A DNA stretch of 44,119 bases from a virus: the UHGV virus genome UHGV-0175781; one strand, 5' to 3'. The notes below the pieces were generated by a model, which did no database searches, had not been told where the DNA came from, and saw nothing but the letters and a program-made list of their open reading frames with translations. Of the stretch, positions 34,624 through 43,808 are shown piece after piece (positions within the stretch are counted from its first letter, which is position 1; every line of letters begins with the position of its first letter). The position numbers and the translations under genes were made by a program.

Positions 34624-35364
34624 ATGTTAACGAAAAAGGTTAAAAGCGATATCGCCGCACACGTCGCGGCGTGTCTGCCGGAAGAAGCCTGTGGCCTGGT
34701 TGTCATGGTGGGTCGTAAGCAAGTGTTCGTCCCATGTCTGAACGTATTCGAAGACCCGACCGGCGTGCGCTCCCGCAAAGACGCTTTTACGATTAGTGAT
34801 ATGGCCTGGATGGATGCCGAGGATATGGGCGACGTCGTGCGCGTAGTCCACTCACACCCGGGTCAGCGCGAGTTAACCCCCTCACTGGGCGACGTTAACG
34901 GATGCAACGGCAGCGGCGTAGTGTGGACCATCACTAACGAATATGGCGACTTTATTGAGATTGACCCGGAAGACCCGCCGCTGGTAGGTCGCCGATTTGT
35001 CCTCGGAATTACGGATTGCTATGGCCTCGTAATGGCATGGCACAAAAAGCAGGGTGTAAACCTGCCAGACTTCCGCGTGCCGTATAATTGGTGGGAGACA
35101 GGCGAAAATCTGTATATGGATAACTGGTACGGCGCTGGCTTCAGGGAATGCGAGGAGAATACGCCGGGGGCGATGGTCATCATGCAGATTAGCGCGCCAG
35201 TGCCTAACCACGCCGGGATATTCCTTCCTGGCAACCAACTCCTACACCATATCTACGGCAGTCTGTCGAGCGTGGTCCCCTTCCGGGCAGGATTTTTCCG
35301 CGACAATGTGGTTAAATGGGTCCGTCATAAAGACCTACCGGGGAATATCACAGAATGGCAATGA
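34624..35364 (+). CDS. tail assembly protein K-like (JAB/MPN plus NlpC/P60 domains)
   Basis: VVHSHPGQ JAMM-type motif; C-terminal Cys/His hydrolase region. Confidence 0.7.
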   Translation: MLTKKVKSDIAAHVAACLPEEACGLVVMVGRKQVFVPCLNVFEDPTGVRSRKDAFTISDMAWMDAEDMGDVVRVVHSHPGQRELTPSLGDVNGCNGSGVVWTITNEYGDFIEIDPEDPPLVGRRFVLGITDCYGLVMAWHKKQGVNLPDFRVPYNWWETGENLYMDNWYGAGFRECEENTPGAMVIMQISAPVPNHAGIFLPGNQLLHHIYGSLSSVVPFRAGFFRDNVVKWVRHKDLPGNITEWQ

Positions 35365-35972
35365 CAACGTTTAAATTGTACGGCGTCTTAGGGCGTCGAT
35401 TCGGTAAAGTGCATAAGCTGGACTGCTTCACACCGGGCGAAGGAATCACCGGCTTGTGTGTGAAGTTGCCAGGGTTACAAGACTTTTTAATGTCCGCCCA
35501 CCTGGACAACATGATGTTCAAGGTGCGCAAGGGTAATCACACAATGACCGGTTATGATGAGCTTGGCGAGTTCCACGGCAACCGCGTCGTTACCATCGCG
35601 CCGGTTATGACTGGCGCAAAAAGAGGATTGGGTCAATTGCTGGCGGGTGTCGCGATCGTAGTGGCGTCGTTCTATACTGGCGGGCTTGCTACTGCCGCTT
35701 TCGGGGCTTCGGCGGCGACCGCTGCCGCTATCGGGACGGCGACGTTTTCGTTCGGGATGTCGATGGCGCTGGGTGGCGTTATGCAATTGCTATCGCCGCA
35801 ACCGAAAGGATTGCAGACAAGGCAGGACGTGGATAACAAAGCGTCGTACGCGTTCGGCGGGCCTGTAAACACGACCGCGCAAGGCACGGCGCTTGGTGTA
35901 TTATGGGGCGAGCGTGAGATCGGCGGCGCTATTATTTCAGCCGGAATCGTAACCGAGGACTTGAACGAATGA
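35355..35972 (+). CDS. tail assembly protein I-like
   Basis: 205 aa; Ala/Gly-rich C-terminal half; position between K-like and J-like genes. Confidence 0.6.
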   Translation: MAMTTFKLYGVLGRRFGKVHKLDCFTPGEGITGLCVKLPGLQDFLMSAHLDNMMFKVRKGNHTMTGYDELGEFHGNRVVTIAPVMTGAKRGLGQLLAGVAIVVASFYTGGLATAAFGASAATAAAIGTATFSFGMSMALGGVMQLLSPQPKGLQTRQDVDNKASYAFGGPVNTTAQGTALGVLWGEREIGGAIISAGIVTEDLNE

Positions 35973-38900
35973 CGATTATCTACGACGTCACAGGGCATAA
36001 AGGCGGAGGCGGCAAACAGCACACCCCACAGGAGACGCCCGATAGCCTGCATTCGCTGGCTAAAATCCGCATCTTGCTTGCACTGGGCGAGGGTGAATTC
36101 GAAAGTATTACCAGCGCCAGCGAATTGCGGCAGCGTGTATATCTGGATGGAACGCCGATCCAGAATGCTGACCTGTCCGAAAACTTCCCTGGAGCGCGGG
36201 TGGAGTTCCGCCCCGGCACACAGCACCAGGATGTGATCCACGGATTTTCGGCGGTGGAAAGTGAGCAATCTGTCGGCGTAAAACTGGAAAACGGCACGCC
36301 GTGGGTGCGCCAGATTAACGATACCAGTCTGGACGCTGTTCGCATTCGCATCGGTATTCCAGCCCTGTACACTAACGAAGATAATGGCGACCTGGTGGGC
36401 GGGCGCATCGACTATAAGATAGTTGTGTATACGGATAACGCCGACCCGCGTGAGTTCAGATTCGCCGCCGTTGGTAAAACAATGTCGCTATATGAGCGCG
36501 ACCACCGCATCGAATTACCTCCGAACGTTAACACCGGCTGGCGCGTGGAGGTGCACCGCATAACGGCAGACCCCACATCGGCGAAAGTGGTTAATGATAT
36601 CCGGGTGCAGTCCATCACTGAGATTATTGACGCCCGCCTGCGTTACCCGCTAACCGCGCTGTTGTTTGTGGAGTTCGACGCCAAAGCGTTCCAGAACATC
36701 CCGCGCGTGTCCATCAAGTGCAAAGGCCGCAAAGTTCTAATACCTAACAACTACGACCCGATCAATCATACCTATTCCGGGGACTGGGACGGCACGTTTA
36801 AACGCGCATGGACTGATAACCCTGCGTGGCACTGGTACGATATTTGTATTACTGAGCGCTTCGGCCTCGGTCGGCGTATCAAACCGCAAATGCTAAACCG
36901 ATACGCGCTCTACCAGATTGCGCAGCGCTGCGATCAGTTGGTCAGCGACGGCAACGGTGGTCGAGAAATCCGCTTTAAGAATGATATGTACATTCAGTCA
37001 CAGACGGATGCCTGGACCGTGCTTAAGGATTTAGCCGCCATCTTCGCTGGAATGACCTGGTGGGGCAACCAGATGTTGAATATTGTCAGTGACCAACCGG
37101 TCGCAGCAGTGTCGCACACTATCACCAACGCCTCGGTAATTGATGGTCGATTCGACTACGCATCTGGCAGCCAGAAAACTCGCTATTCCACATTTGCGGT
37201 AGCATACGGCAACCCGAAGAACCACTATGAAGATGCCATCGCAACGGGGCAGCGCGTCGAACTTGTACGCCGCCATAAGATTAACCGTCTTGATATTACG
37301 GCGATCGGCTGTACGCGTGAATCTGAAGCGCAACGCCGCGGGCACTGGGCGCTAATTTCCAACCAGCTTGACCAGCAAGTTAGCTTTAAGGTTGGCATGG
37401 AAGGGTTATTCTTTATTCCGGGTAGCGTAGTCGCGATCGCCGATACAAACATTTCTGGCGGTTTTGAGACGCGCGGCGGTCGACTGTTGTCAGACCCGGG
37501 CACGCGTACCGTGCTGAACACGGATAGCGAAATCACGTTCCGTCCTGGCGATAAGTTCCTTGTACGCACCGATAGCGGAAATGTTGAGACTCGCGAGATC
37601 GCCAGCGTCAACGGCAACAAGGTAACGTTAAAAACCGCACTGGACGCCAACCCTATTCCTGACCAGCCGTTTTGCGTTGATGGTGACGATATCCAGTTGC
37701 AGAAATTCCGCATCACCGACCTTGAGTATGACGACTCTACCAGCACTTTCTCGGTGCGCGGGATTGAATACAACGATAGCAAATATGATGCCGTTGATAA
37801 TGGCGCGCGCCTTGATCCGGGCATCTTTACTCAAGTGCCTGACGGCGTAATGAAGGGGCCGGAATCAGTGACCATAACCCCGTCGCAGATTTCATCGCAA
37901 GGCCAGCTAATCACCAACGTGGATATTGTTTTCCCTCCGGTGAAGGACGCCGTGGTGTATGAAATACAGTGGCGGCGCACCAGCTTACAGAATATGGAAA
38001 TCCAGTGGGGTAACGACTGGGTGAATATCCCGCGCACGGCGTCGAATGGCGCGCACATTCCTAACGTGTTCTCCGGTAACTACCAGGCACGCGTCCGTGC
38101 GATCGGTATGGGCGAGATTTCATCTCCGTGGGTATCATCCGCGATCACGCCGATAGAAGGTCGTCTCGGCGGGCTTAACGCGCCTATCATCACCAACGCG
38201 ATTTCGGGCCTCCACCAAATTTTGTGGAAGTGGAACCACAACAACGCCGCGACGGATATTTCGTACACCGAGCTTGAAGTGCGCAAGACCGGTGAAACGG
38301 AATGGAAGTTTCTTACCAACGTCCCTTATCCGGGGGCGGAGTATGCGCAAACGTCACTGGAGTTCGGGATCTATCAGCAGTTGCGCGCCCGTGTAGCGGA
38401 TAAAATCGGCAACCTGTCGGACTGGTCGGCCCCGTTTGAAGGGCAGGTGAGTGACAAAGTTGACGAATACATGAAGGGGCTTGATAACGATTTCTTGACC
38501 TCCGAGGACGGTAAACGCTTCCAGGAAGCGATCGACACCATGCCGCAAGGTATCTATGAGTCTATGCTTACGGACGCCCAGCAGCTATTCAATGCCCGCG
38601 CAGAATATAAAGGGATTTATGCAGAGATCTCGGTCGCGTATAACGTGGCGGCGGACGCGCATAAAGCCGTAGCGCAACTGGAAACGTTGATCGGCACTCG
38701 TCTGGACGATGCTGAAGCGTCAATCCACACGTTGCAGACTGCGCAAAGCACGCATGAACAAGCGTTCGCCAAGTACCAGCAAACTGTTGCCGCTAAGTTT
38801 TCGGAACAGGAAGCAGCCATCCAGCAGGTACAAACGGCAACGGCGGACGTGGCGGGCGCGCTGGCAGAGTATAAGACCAAGGTCGCGGCGCAGTTCGGAC

Positions 38901-39388
38901 AGCAGTCCGCAGCTATCGAGCAGAAGATGACGTCTTCGTTTAACCATGCTGGTGGCAGCGCCACGTACAGTCTTAAGGCTGGCGTGACGTATAACGGGAC
39001 TTACTATGACGCCGGTATGCAGCTTTCAGTTGTGAAGTCTGGCAACGCAGTTAAATCGCGTATTGCGTTCAAAGCCGACCAGTTCTATATCATGCACCCA
39101 TCTAACGGGTCGCTTTCGTCCGCGTTTATCGTAGACGGCGGACAGGTGTATATCGACACGGCCCGAATCAAGGACGCGACTATTAACTTCGCGCAGATCA
39201 CGGACACGCTGCAATCGAATAACTATGACGGCAACACGCGTGGTTGGCGCTTAGGGAAAGATGGAACGTTTATCAACCTGGGAACCGGTAACGGCGGCGG
39301 GATGAAACAGACAAATACGCAAATCAGCGTTAGGGACGGAAACGGCGTTCTCCGCGTGCAGATTGGTGAAATCACTGGTAGTTGGTAG
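35969..39388 (+). CDS. tail tip / host specificity protein J-like (central fiber)
   Basis: 1139 aa; position after the I-like gene; size typical of J-type proteins. Confidence 0.8.
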   Translation: MTIIYDVTGHKGGGGKQHTPQETPDSLHSLAKIRILLALGEGEFESITSASELRQRVYLDGTPIQNADLSENFPGARVEFRPGTQHQDVIHGFSAVESEQSVGVKLENGTPWVRQINDTSLDAVRIRIGIPALYTNEDNGDLVGGRIDYKIVVYTDNADPREFRFAAVGKTMSLYERDHRIELPPNVNTGWRVEVHRITADPTSAKVVNDIRVQSITEIIDARLRYPLTALLFVEFDAKAFQNIPRVSIKCKGRKVLIPNNYDPINHTYSGDWDGTFKRAWTDNPAWHWYDICITERFGLGRRIKPQMLNRYALYQIAQRCDQLVSDGNGGREIRFKNDMYIQSQTDAWTVLKDLAAIFAGMTWWGNQMLNIVSDQPVAAVSHTITNASVIDGRFDYASGSQKTRYSTFAVAYGNPKNHYEDAIATGQRVELVRRHKINRLDITAIGCTRESEAQRRGHWALISNQLDQQVSFKVGMEGLFFIPGSVVAIADTNISGGFETRGGRLLSDPGTRTVLNTDSEITFRPGDKFLVRTDSGNVETREIASVNGNKVTLKTALDANPIPDQPFCVDGDDIQLQKFRITDLEYDDSTSTFSVRGIEYNDSKYDAVDNGARLDPGIFTQVPDGVMKGPESVTITPSQISSQGQLITNVDIVFPPVKDAVVYEIQWRRTSLQNMEIQWGNDWVNIPRTASNGAHIPNVFSGNYQARVRAIGMGEISSPWVSSAITPIEGRLGGLNAPIITNAISGLHQILWKWNHNNAATDISYTELEVRKTGETEWKFLTNVPYPGAEYAQTSLEFGIYQQLRARVADKIGNLSDWSAPFEGQVSDKVDEYMKGLDNDFLTSEDGKRFQEAIDTMPQGIYESMLTDAQQLFNARAEYKGIYAEISVAYNVAADAHKAVAQLETLIGTRLDDAEASIHTLQTAQSTHEQAFAKYQQTVAAKFSEQEAAIQQVQTATADVAGALAEYKTKVAAQFGQQSAAIEQKMTSSFNHAGGSATYSLKAGVTYNGTYYDAGMQLSVVKSGNAVKSRIAFKADQFYIMHPSNGSLSSAFIVDGGQVYIDTARIKDATINFAQITDTLQSNNYDGNTRGWRLGKDGTFINLGTGNGGGMKQTNTQISVRDGNGVLRVQIGEITGSW

Positions 39389-39391
39389 CAT

Positions 39392-39414
39392 AGGGGCTTC
39401 GGCCCCTTTCTTTT
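39392..39414 (+). terminator. rho-independent terminator (AGGGGC-TTCG-GCCCCT plus T-run)
   Basis: seen in sequence after the J-like gene. Confidence 0.55.
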
Positions 39415-39425
39415 GGAGGTATAAC

Positions 39426-39728
39426 ATGGCTTTCGGTGTCGCAACATGGGACGCGCAAGGGCGGCCAAACAACTACGGGATCAAGCCCGTTTCGGTTGTC
39501 GGAATTATTAAACTGACTCAAGGTCAAACATGGGGGGCGTGGTCGTTCGATATCCCGTCCAGTATGAAAGTAGGTTTTGTGGTCACGCTGGACGTAGGCG
39601 GCACTACGGTCGGCCGGGCGATCCGCGCCAGCGGGAACACGATAACAGTATCCGCGGCAAACAGCGCAGGTATTGGAAATTACCCGGCATCAGAATGTGA
39701 GGTAGTAGTTTTTGTGGAGAAAGCGTAA
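39426..39728 (+). CDS. hypothetical tail-associated protein (ORF extends to 39363)
   Basis: about 100 aa; GGAGG SD. Confidence 0.5.
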   Translation: MAFGVATWDAQGRPNNYGIKPVSVVGIIKLTQGQTWGAWSFDIPSSMKVGFVVTLDVGGTTVGRAIRASGNTITVSAANSAGIGNYPASECEVVVFVEKA

Positions 39729-39730
39729 AA

Positions 39731-40402
39731 ATGGCAAACTTCGGCGCGTTAATAGATAACAACAACGGCAACCCATTCATTACGCCAAACTCAACGCCGT
39801 TCGTCCTCTACGCTAAAGTGTCGGCAAATTCAGTGGACGCCGGTGCTGATTATAAAACAGCAAGCGGGGGTGTGGATATCCCATCGAACTATCCGGCGAT
39901 GGTGTTTATGCGGTCAAATAACCGCTGCGTCCTGGCGGCGTCACGATCCGGTAACCGGATTATATTTAGCGGAAGCATTCAGGGGCAGAATAACCCACAT
40001 TTTACCGTCACGGCGTACATATTCGCGAGATTCCCGCAACCGCTGCCGAGATGGGGTTTTGCTATTTGGGACGCCAGCGGGACTTGCATACTAACCAACG
40101 AAAGCAAGGTACTCACCGATTTAGTCACAGTTGGCAGCTTCGGCAATAACGGAGGAATTAACATAGACCAGACGCTGCCGGGTAAGTACGCGGTATCACC
40201 CATGTTAATGGGCGCTACTTTGATCCAAATCTTTGTACAGGGGCAACCGCAGATTATCCAGATCTCGGCGGGGACAGGGGCTTACGACAACGGAAGCGGC
40301 ACTCGTATTAACGCAGTCGCTACGCAGGCTGGGTCTGGTAGCATCGCCGGGTATCAAAACACCGGCGTTGCGCTGACCGCGATTAACGTGGACGGGATAT
40401 GA
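39731..40402 (+). CDS. hypothetical tail-associated protein
   Basis: 223-aa Gly/Asn/Ser-rich ORF between J-like gene and tail fiber. Confidence 0.5.
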   Translation: MANFGALIDNNNGNPFITPNSTPFVLYAKVSANSVDAGADYKTASGGVDIPSNYPAMVFMRSNNRCVLAASRSGNRIIFSGSIQGQNNPHFTVTAYIFARFPQPLPRWGFAIWDASGTCILTNESKVLTDLVTVGSFGNNGGINIDQTLPGKYAVSPMLMGATLIQIFVQGQPQIIQISAGTGAYDNGSGTRINAVATQAGSGSIAGYQNTGVALTAINVDGI

Positions 40403-40403
40403 A

Positions 40404-40425
40404 AAGCCCCGGAAGGGGCTTATTT
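40404..40425. terminator. bidirectional hairpin terminator (AAGCCCC-GGAA-GGGGCTT) between convergent genes
   Basis: seen in sequence; T-rich on both sides. Confidence 0.45.
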
Positions 40426-40638
40426 GCAAGTGGTGCTTTTGAAGTGGTCTACAGAAACATACTGGAAGTTGAAAGGGTAGCCCGCCCGCAACATTTTATG
40501 CCCGCTAAAGTCGGCAACCCCAAACACCGGGACCGAGTATTCCATGCCGCTATTAACATATGTCGCGTCGCAGACTTTAGTCGGCATGTTGGCACAACCC
40601 GACAGAAGAACCGCACAAATCATAATTAAAGTTTTCAT
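40420..40638 (-). CDS. small outer-membrane lipoprotein, candidate superinfection-exclusion protein (Cor/Llp-like)
   Basis: 72 aa; signal peptide MKTLIMICAVLLSGC with lipobox LSGC; opposite strand next to receptor-binding genes; AGGGGGA SD. Confidence 0.55.
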   Translation of the reverse strand: MKTLIMICAVLLSGCANMPTKVCDATYVNSGMEYSVPVFGVADFSGHKMLRAGYPFNFQYVSVDHFKSTTCK

Positions 40639-40670
40639 GGTATCATCCCCCTATATTTGGTTGAGTTTTA

Positions 40671-40698
40671 GTATTACACCGCTCAATCACGAATGCAA
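40671..40698 (-). promoter_or_regulatory. putative promoter for the lipoprotein gene (-35 TTGCAT in ATTGGTTGCAT, 16-bp spacer, -10 TAATAC)
   Basis: read on minus strand. Confidence 0.4.
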
Positions 40699-40721
40699 CC
40701 AATTTATACGAGGATTTAGCT

Positions 40722-42545
40722 ATGGCAGCGGGTACTCTATCCGTAACGAATAACAGCAAGGCGGTTGTCGGCGTCGGCACAACGTTTACCGCGTTCAAGG
40801 CTGGCGACTTCTTAACGCTGGTGGTAGGACAAGTGCCATACACTGTTGCGATCGCGTCCGTCGAAAGCGACACCGCGCTTACGCTGGTGCTGCCGTTCGA
40901 CGGCCCCACGGCAACGGGACTCGCGTGGGATGGTGTTAAGCGCGATACCATGTCGCTGGCGACGATGGGCGTAACCGTCCAGGCACAGAAAGCGTTGCGC
41001 TTGATGATCGCGGACGAAAACAACTGGCGTGCGATCTTCGGAGACGAAGAAGAAATAACGGTAACGCTGCCGAACGGGCAAGTTATGCAGGGTATGTCCT
41101 GGGGCTACCTGTCGCAATTGCTGAAGGAAGTTGACCCCGTTGAAATGCGCAACCTGCAACAACAAGCCGCGGCATCTGAAGCAGCAGCGCAAGGATTTCG
41201 CAATGAGGCCGAAGGCTTCAAGACGGAGACGGCTGGCATTCGCGATGCCACCAACCAGATTAAGGCAGATACGGCAGGCATTCGCGATGCCACTAATACC
41301 ATCAAAACGCAGACTGATCAGATTAAGGCTGATACGCAGGCGATCAAAGACCAGACTAACCAGATCAAGACTGACACCGGCGCTATTCGCGACGAGGCCA
41401 ACGCCGCGAAGGCTGAAGCGCAAGCCGCCAGCACTGCCGCGCAGGGATTTCGCGATCAGGCCGAAGAATGGGCGCAAAGCGTAAACCCCGACAATCTGCT
41501 AACCAAATCCGGCAACCTCGCCGGGCTTGCGGACAAAAGTGCGTCGTGGGCTAACCTTATGCCGTCAGGACCGCTTCGCGTAGGCGCGGACCCAGTCGAC
41601 CCTCTTGACTCTGCGACTAAAGGGTGGGTGTGGCGCGGTCTTGATGACGTGGGGATTTGGGGTTTACGCAATAATTACGCTTCAGATCCGGCGAATGGCG
41701 CAGAAGTATACGGCGGTAGATTCGACTCATCTGTGACCGTTGCTGGGGCCGAAAAATACAGAACGTCGATTCAGCTTCAGGGGCGTAATAACGTAGACGC
41801 CTGGACCCGTTTGGCGACCGTTAACGTCCTCGACCCGGTGAACTCGCCGTCGTGGGACTTTAAATATGATGGTAGGCTTATTTTTTATAAAGCATTGAGG
41901 CCATCGGCCATTTCTGCGTCGCCTGTTAATACCTACGCGACCCTTCCTAATACCTGGATGGACAGCCAGTACGCGGGCCACGTAGGTTTTATTGGTGGTG
42001 GCGCGGGCACGGCGGGTGGTGGGTGGCGTAACTTCATTTCGTTCGGGGCGTTGATTCACCCCGTTGCGGAGTCATCACACCCTCACGCTATGATTTCGCA
42101 GGTCTTTGACTATGATCTGGCGACTGGACTGCAGCCTAACGCCGATATAGTTCGGAATACTACCTTTAACGCCGAGTCATACGATATTACCTTCGGCAAC
42201 AACGCTGGGTCGGTTGGATATATTTTCGCAAAATCCCCGGTATCCGACAGGGCGCTGAAGCATGATATCGCCAGGATCGACACTCAAGTTGCGTTCGATA
42301 ACGTTATGGCAATGGAATACTCTTCCTTTGTCTATAATTACGACAAAAAGGAGACAGTCAGACGTGGTTTTATCGCGCAGCAGTTGGAAGAGATCGACCC
42401 GCAGTATGTTCGCAAGTACGCCGACGCAACTGGTAAAGAGTTTCTGGCATTAGATGAAAACGTCCTGTTACTTGACCTTGTCGCGACTGTTCAGCATTTG
42501 GCGGCGAAGGTTGAGGCTTTGGAAAGTAAGTTGGCGGAGAAATAA
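40722..42545 (+). CDS. tail fiber with C-terminal intramolecular chaperone (peptidase S74-type) domain
   Basis: 607 aa; heptad-like repeats (IRDATNQIKADT...) in the shaft; C-terminal SDRALKHDIARID...LAAKVEALESKLAEK matches the S74 autoproteolytic chaperone motif. Confidence 0.8.
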   Translation: MAAGTLSVTNNSKAVVGVGTTFTAFKAGDFLTLVVGQVPYTVAIASVESDTALTLVLPFDGPTATGLAWDGVKRDTMSLATMGVTVQAQKALRLMIADENNWRAIFGDEEEITVTLPNGQVMQGMSWGYLSQLLKEVDPVEMRNLQQQAAASEAAAQGFRNEAEGFKTETAGIRDATNQIKADTAGIRDATNTIKTQTDQIKADTQAIKDQTNQIKTDTGAIRDEANAAKAEAQAASTAAQGFRDQAEEWAQSVNPDNLLTKSGNLAGLADKSASWANLMPSGPLRVGADPVDPLDSATKGWVWRGLDDVGIWGLRNNYASDPANGAEVYGGRFDSSVTVAGAEKYRTSIQLQGRNNVDAWTRLATVNVLDPVNSPSWDFKYDGRLIFYKALRPSAISASPVNTYATLPNTWMDSQYAGHVGFIGGGAGTAGGGWRNFISFGALIHPVAESSHPHAMISQVFDYDLATGLQPNADIVRNTTFNAESYDITFGNNAGSVGYIFAKSPVSDRALKHDIARIDTQVAFDNVMAMEYSSFVYNYDKKETVRRGFIAQQLEEIDPQYVRKYADATGKEFLALDENVLLLDLVATVQHLAAKVEALESKLAEK

Positions 42546-42550
42546 GGATA

Positions 42551-42575
42551 AGGGGCCATGTGGCCCCTGTTTTTA
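42551..42575. terminator. terminator where the plus-strand late block and the minus-strand genes converge (AGGGGCC-ATGT-GGCCCCT plus T5)
   Basis: seen in sequence. Confidence 0.55.
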
Positions 42576-43148
42576 GTTTGAGTTTTCCCAGTCCATTTTG
42601 CGCCGCACAAGCGGGCTTTCGTAATATTCCTTTCCATCCACTTCCACCAGGGGCCAGTCGTTCACTATCACGTATGGCTCCGCAATATCCTCAATAACGC
42701 CGCTGGCACTATGTTGCCCGAACGATACGCCCACCAGGATAACCCCTGCAACGCGACGGGTAAGGTATTCTCGAGCGCAACGTGCCTCCACCAGTCCTCG
42801 ACGTATGCCGCTGGTGGCCTTAACCTCGTAGGTCCAGACGGCATCGATCACATGTTCGCGGAAGTCGGGACCGGATTTTACCTTGCGCTTGCCGACCATG
42901 ATAATATCGCCGCGGTCAATGGTGTTGGCGCTAAACAGGCCTGTACGCATCAGTAAGCCTTGCGGGATACAACTACGCCCACCCGCCTGACCCTCAAGGT
43001 ACATGCCTGCAAACATTTCGCCAAGCACACCGACGAGTCTGCTTTGCTTGCACGCGTCAGACTTGTATCGCCTCTGGTCAAACTCGATGCTTGCTATCAT
43101 TGCCGCCATGTGGAATTGTTTACCAGATATTTCGTATTCGCCGTACAT
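42573..43148 (-). CDS. hypothetical protein (possible PD-(D/E)xK-like nuclease fold, weak)
   Basis: 191 aa; GAGGA SD; D...EVK arrangement (GDIIMVGK...TYEVKA) is only suggestive. Confidence 0.5.
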   Translation of the reverse strand: MYGEYEISGKQFHMAAMIASIEFDQRRYKSDACKQSRLVGVLGEMFAGMYLEGQAGGRSCIPQGLLMRTGLFSANTIDRGDIIMVGKRKVKSGPDFREHVIDAVWTYEVKATSGIRRGLVEARCAREYLTRRVAGVILVGVSFGQHSASGVIEDIAEPYVIVNDWPLVEVDGKEYYESPLVRRKMDWENSN

Positions 43149-43190
43149 CGTGTGGTCCTCATTGATGCGGGCCGAAGCCCGCGATTAGAA

Positions 43191-43745
43191 TTATTTAAGT
43201 GCACCAGTCACCAGTGTTTTTTCCATGTTGCGGAAATCTTCCTGCGTCATGCAGATTTTCGACCCGTCTTCGCCGGTGAGCACGACCATAGGCTGGACGT
43301 CCTGGGCTACGACCCCAAAATCGCGTGCCTTAACAGTCTTGCCGAACGAGGCCACCGTATCTTCTGCAACGCGAATTGCGCTGTTATACGCATTAATCTC
43401 GCCGTCAAGACGCACGGACAGCCCTTTGAGGCTTTCAAATTGCGCTGCCGTTGTATCGATCTGAATTTCGTCATGCACGGTCATGTAAGATTCGCCCAGC
43501 AGGGCGGCATACGCCACCAGGTCCACGATATTATCTTCTTGGTGCTTACGGTGCTGGCGCACCAGCTTCAGGCAGATCAGGAAGGTCCAGGCTTCTTGCT
43601 CGGTAAGGTCGCGACCGGTAAGCGCGTTAAATACGGCAGCGATTTGTTTCGCGCTGCGTTCTTCTTTTGCGTTGTCATAGCCGTTTTCTTTCCCGCGCTG
43701 TTCCATAGTGGTGGCGGCATTTTTGCAGTATTCGTATGCTTTCAC
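43191..43745 (-). CDS. hypothetical protein
   Basis: 184-aa ORF in the minus-strand operon; no confident motif. Confidence 0.5.
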   Translation of the reverse strand: MKAYEYCKNAATTMEQRGKENGYDNAKEERSAKQIAAVFNALTGRDLTEQEAWTFLICLKLVRQHRKHQEDNIVDLVAYAALLGESYMTVHDEIQIDTTAAQFESLKGLSVRLDGEINAYNSAIRVAEDTVASFGKTVKARDFGVVAQDVQPMVVLTGEDGSKICMTQEDFRNMEKTLVTGALK

Positions 43746-43808
43746 AGTATTACCCTTTTTAGCGAGGGGCGATATTGCCCCCGACGTGATTAAGATACTG
43801 CAACCAAC

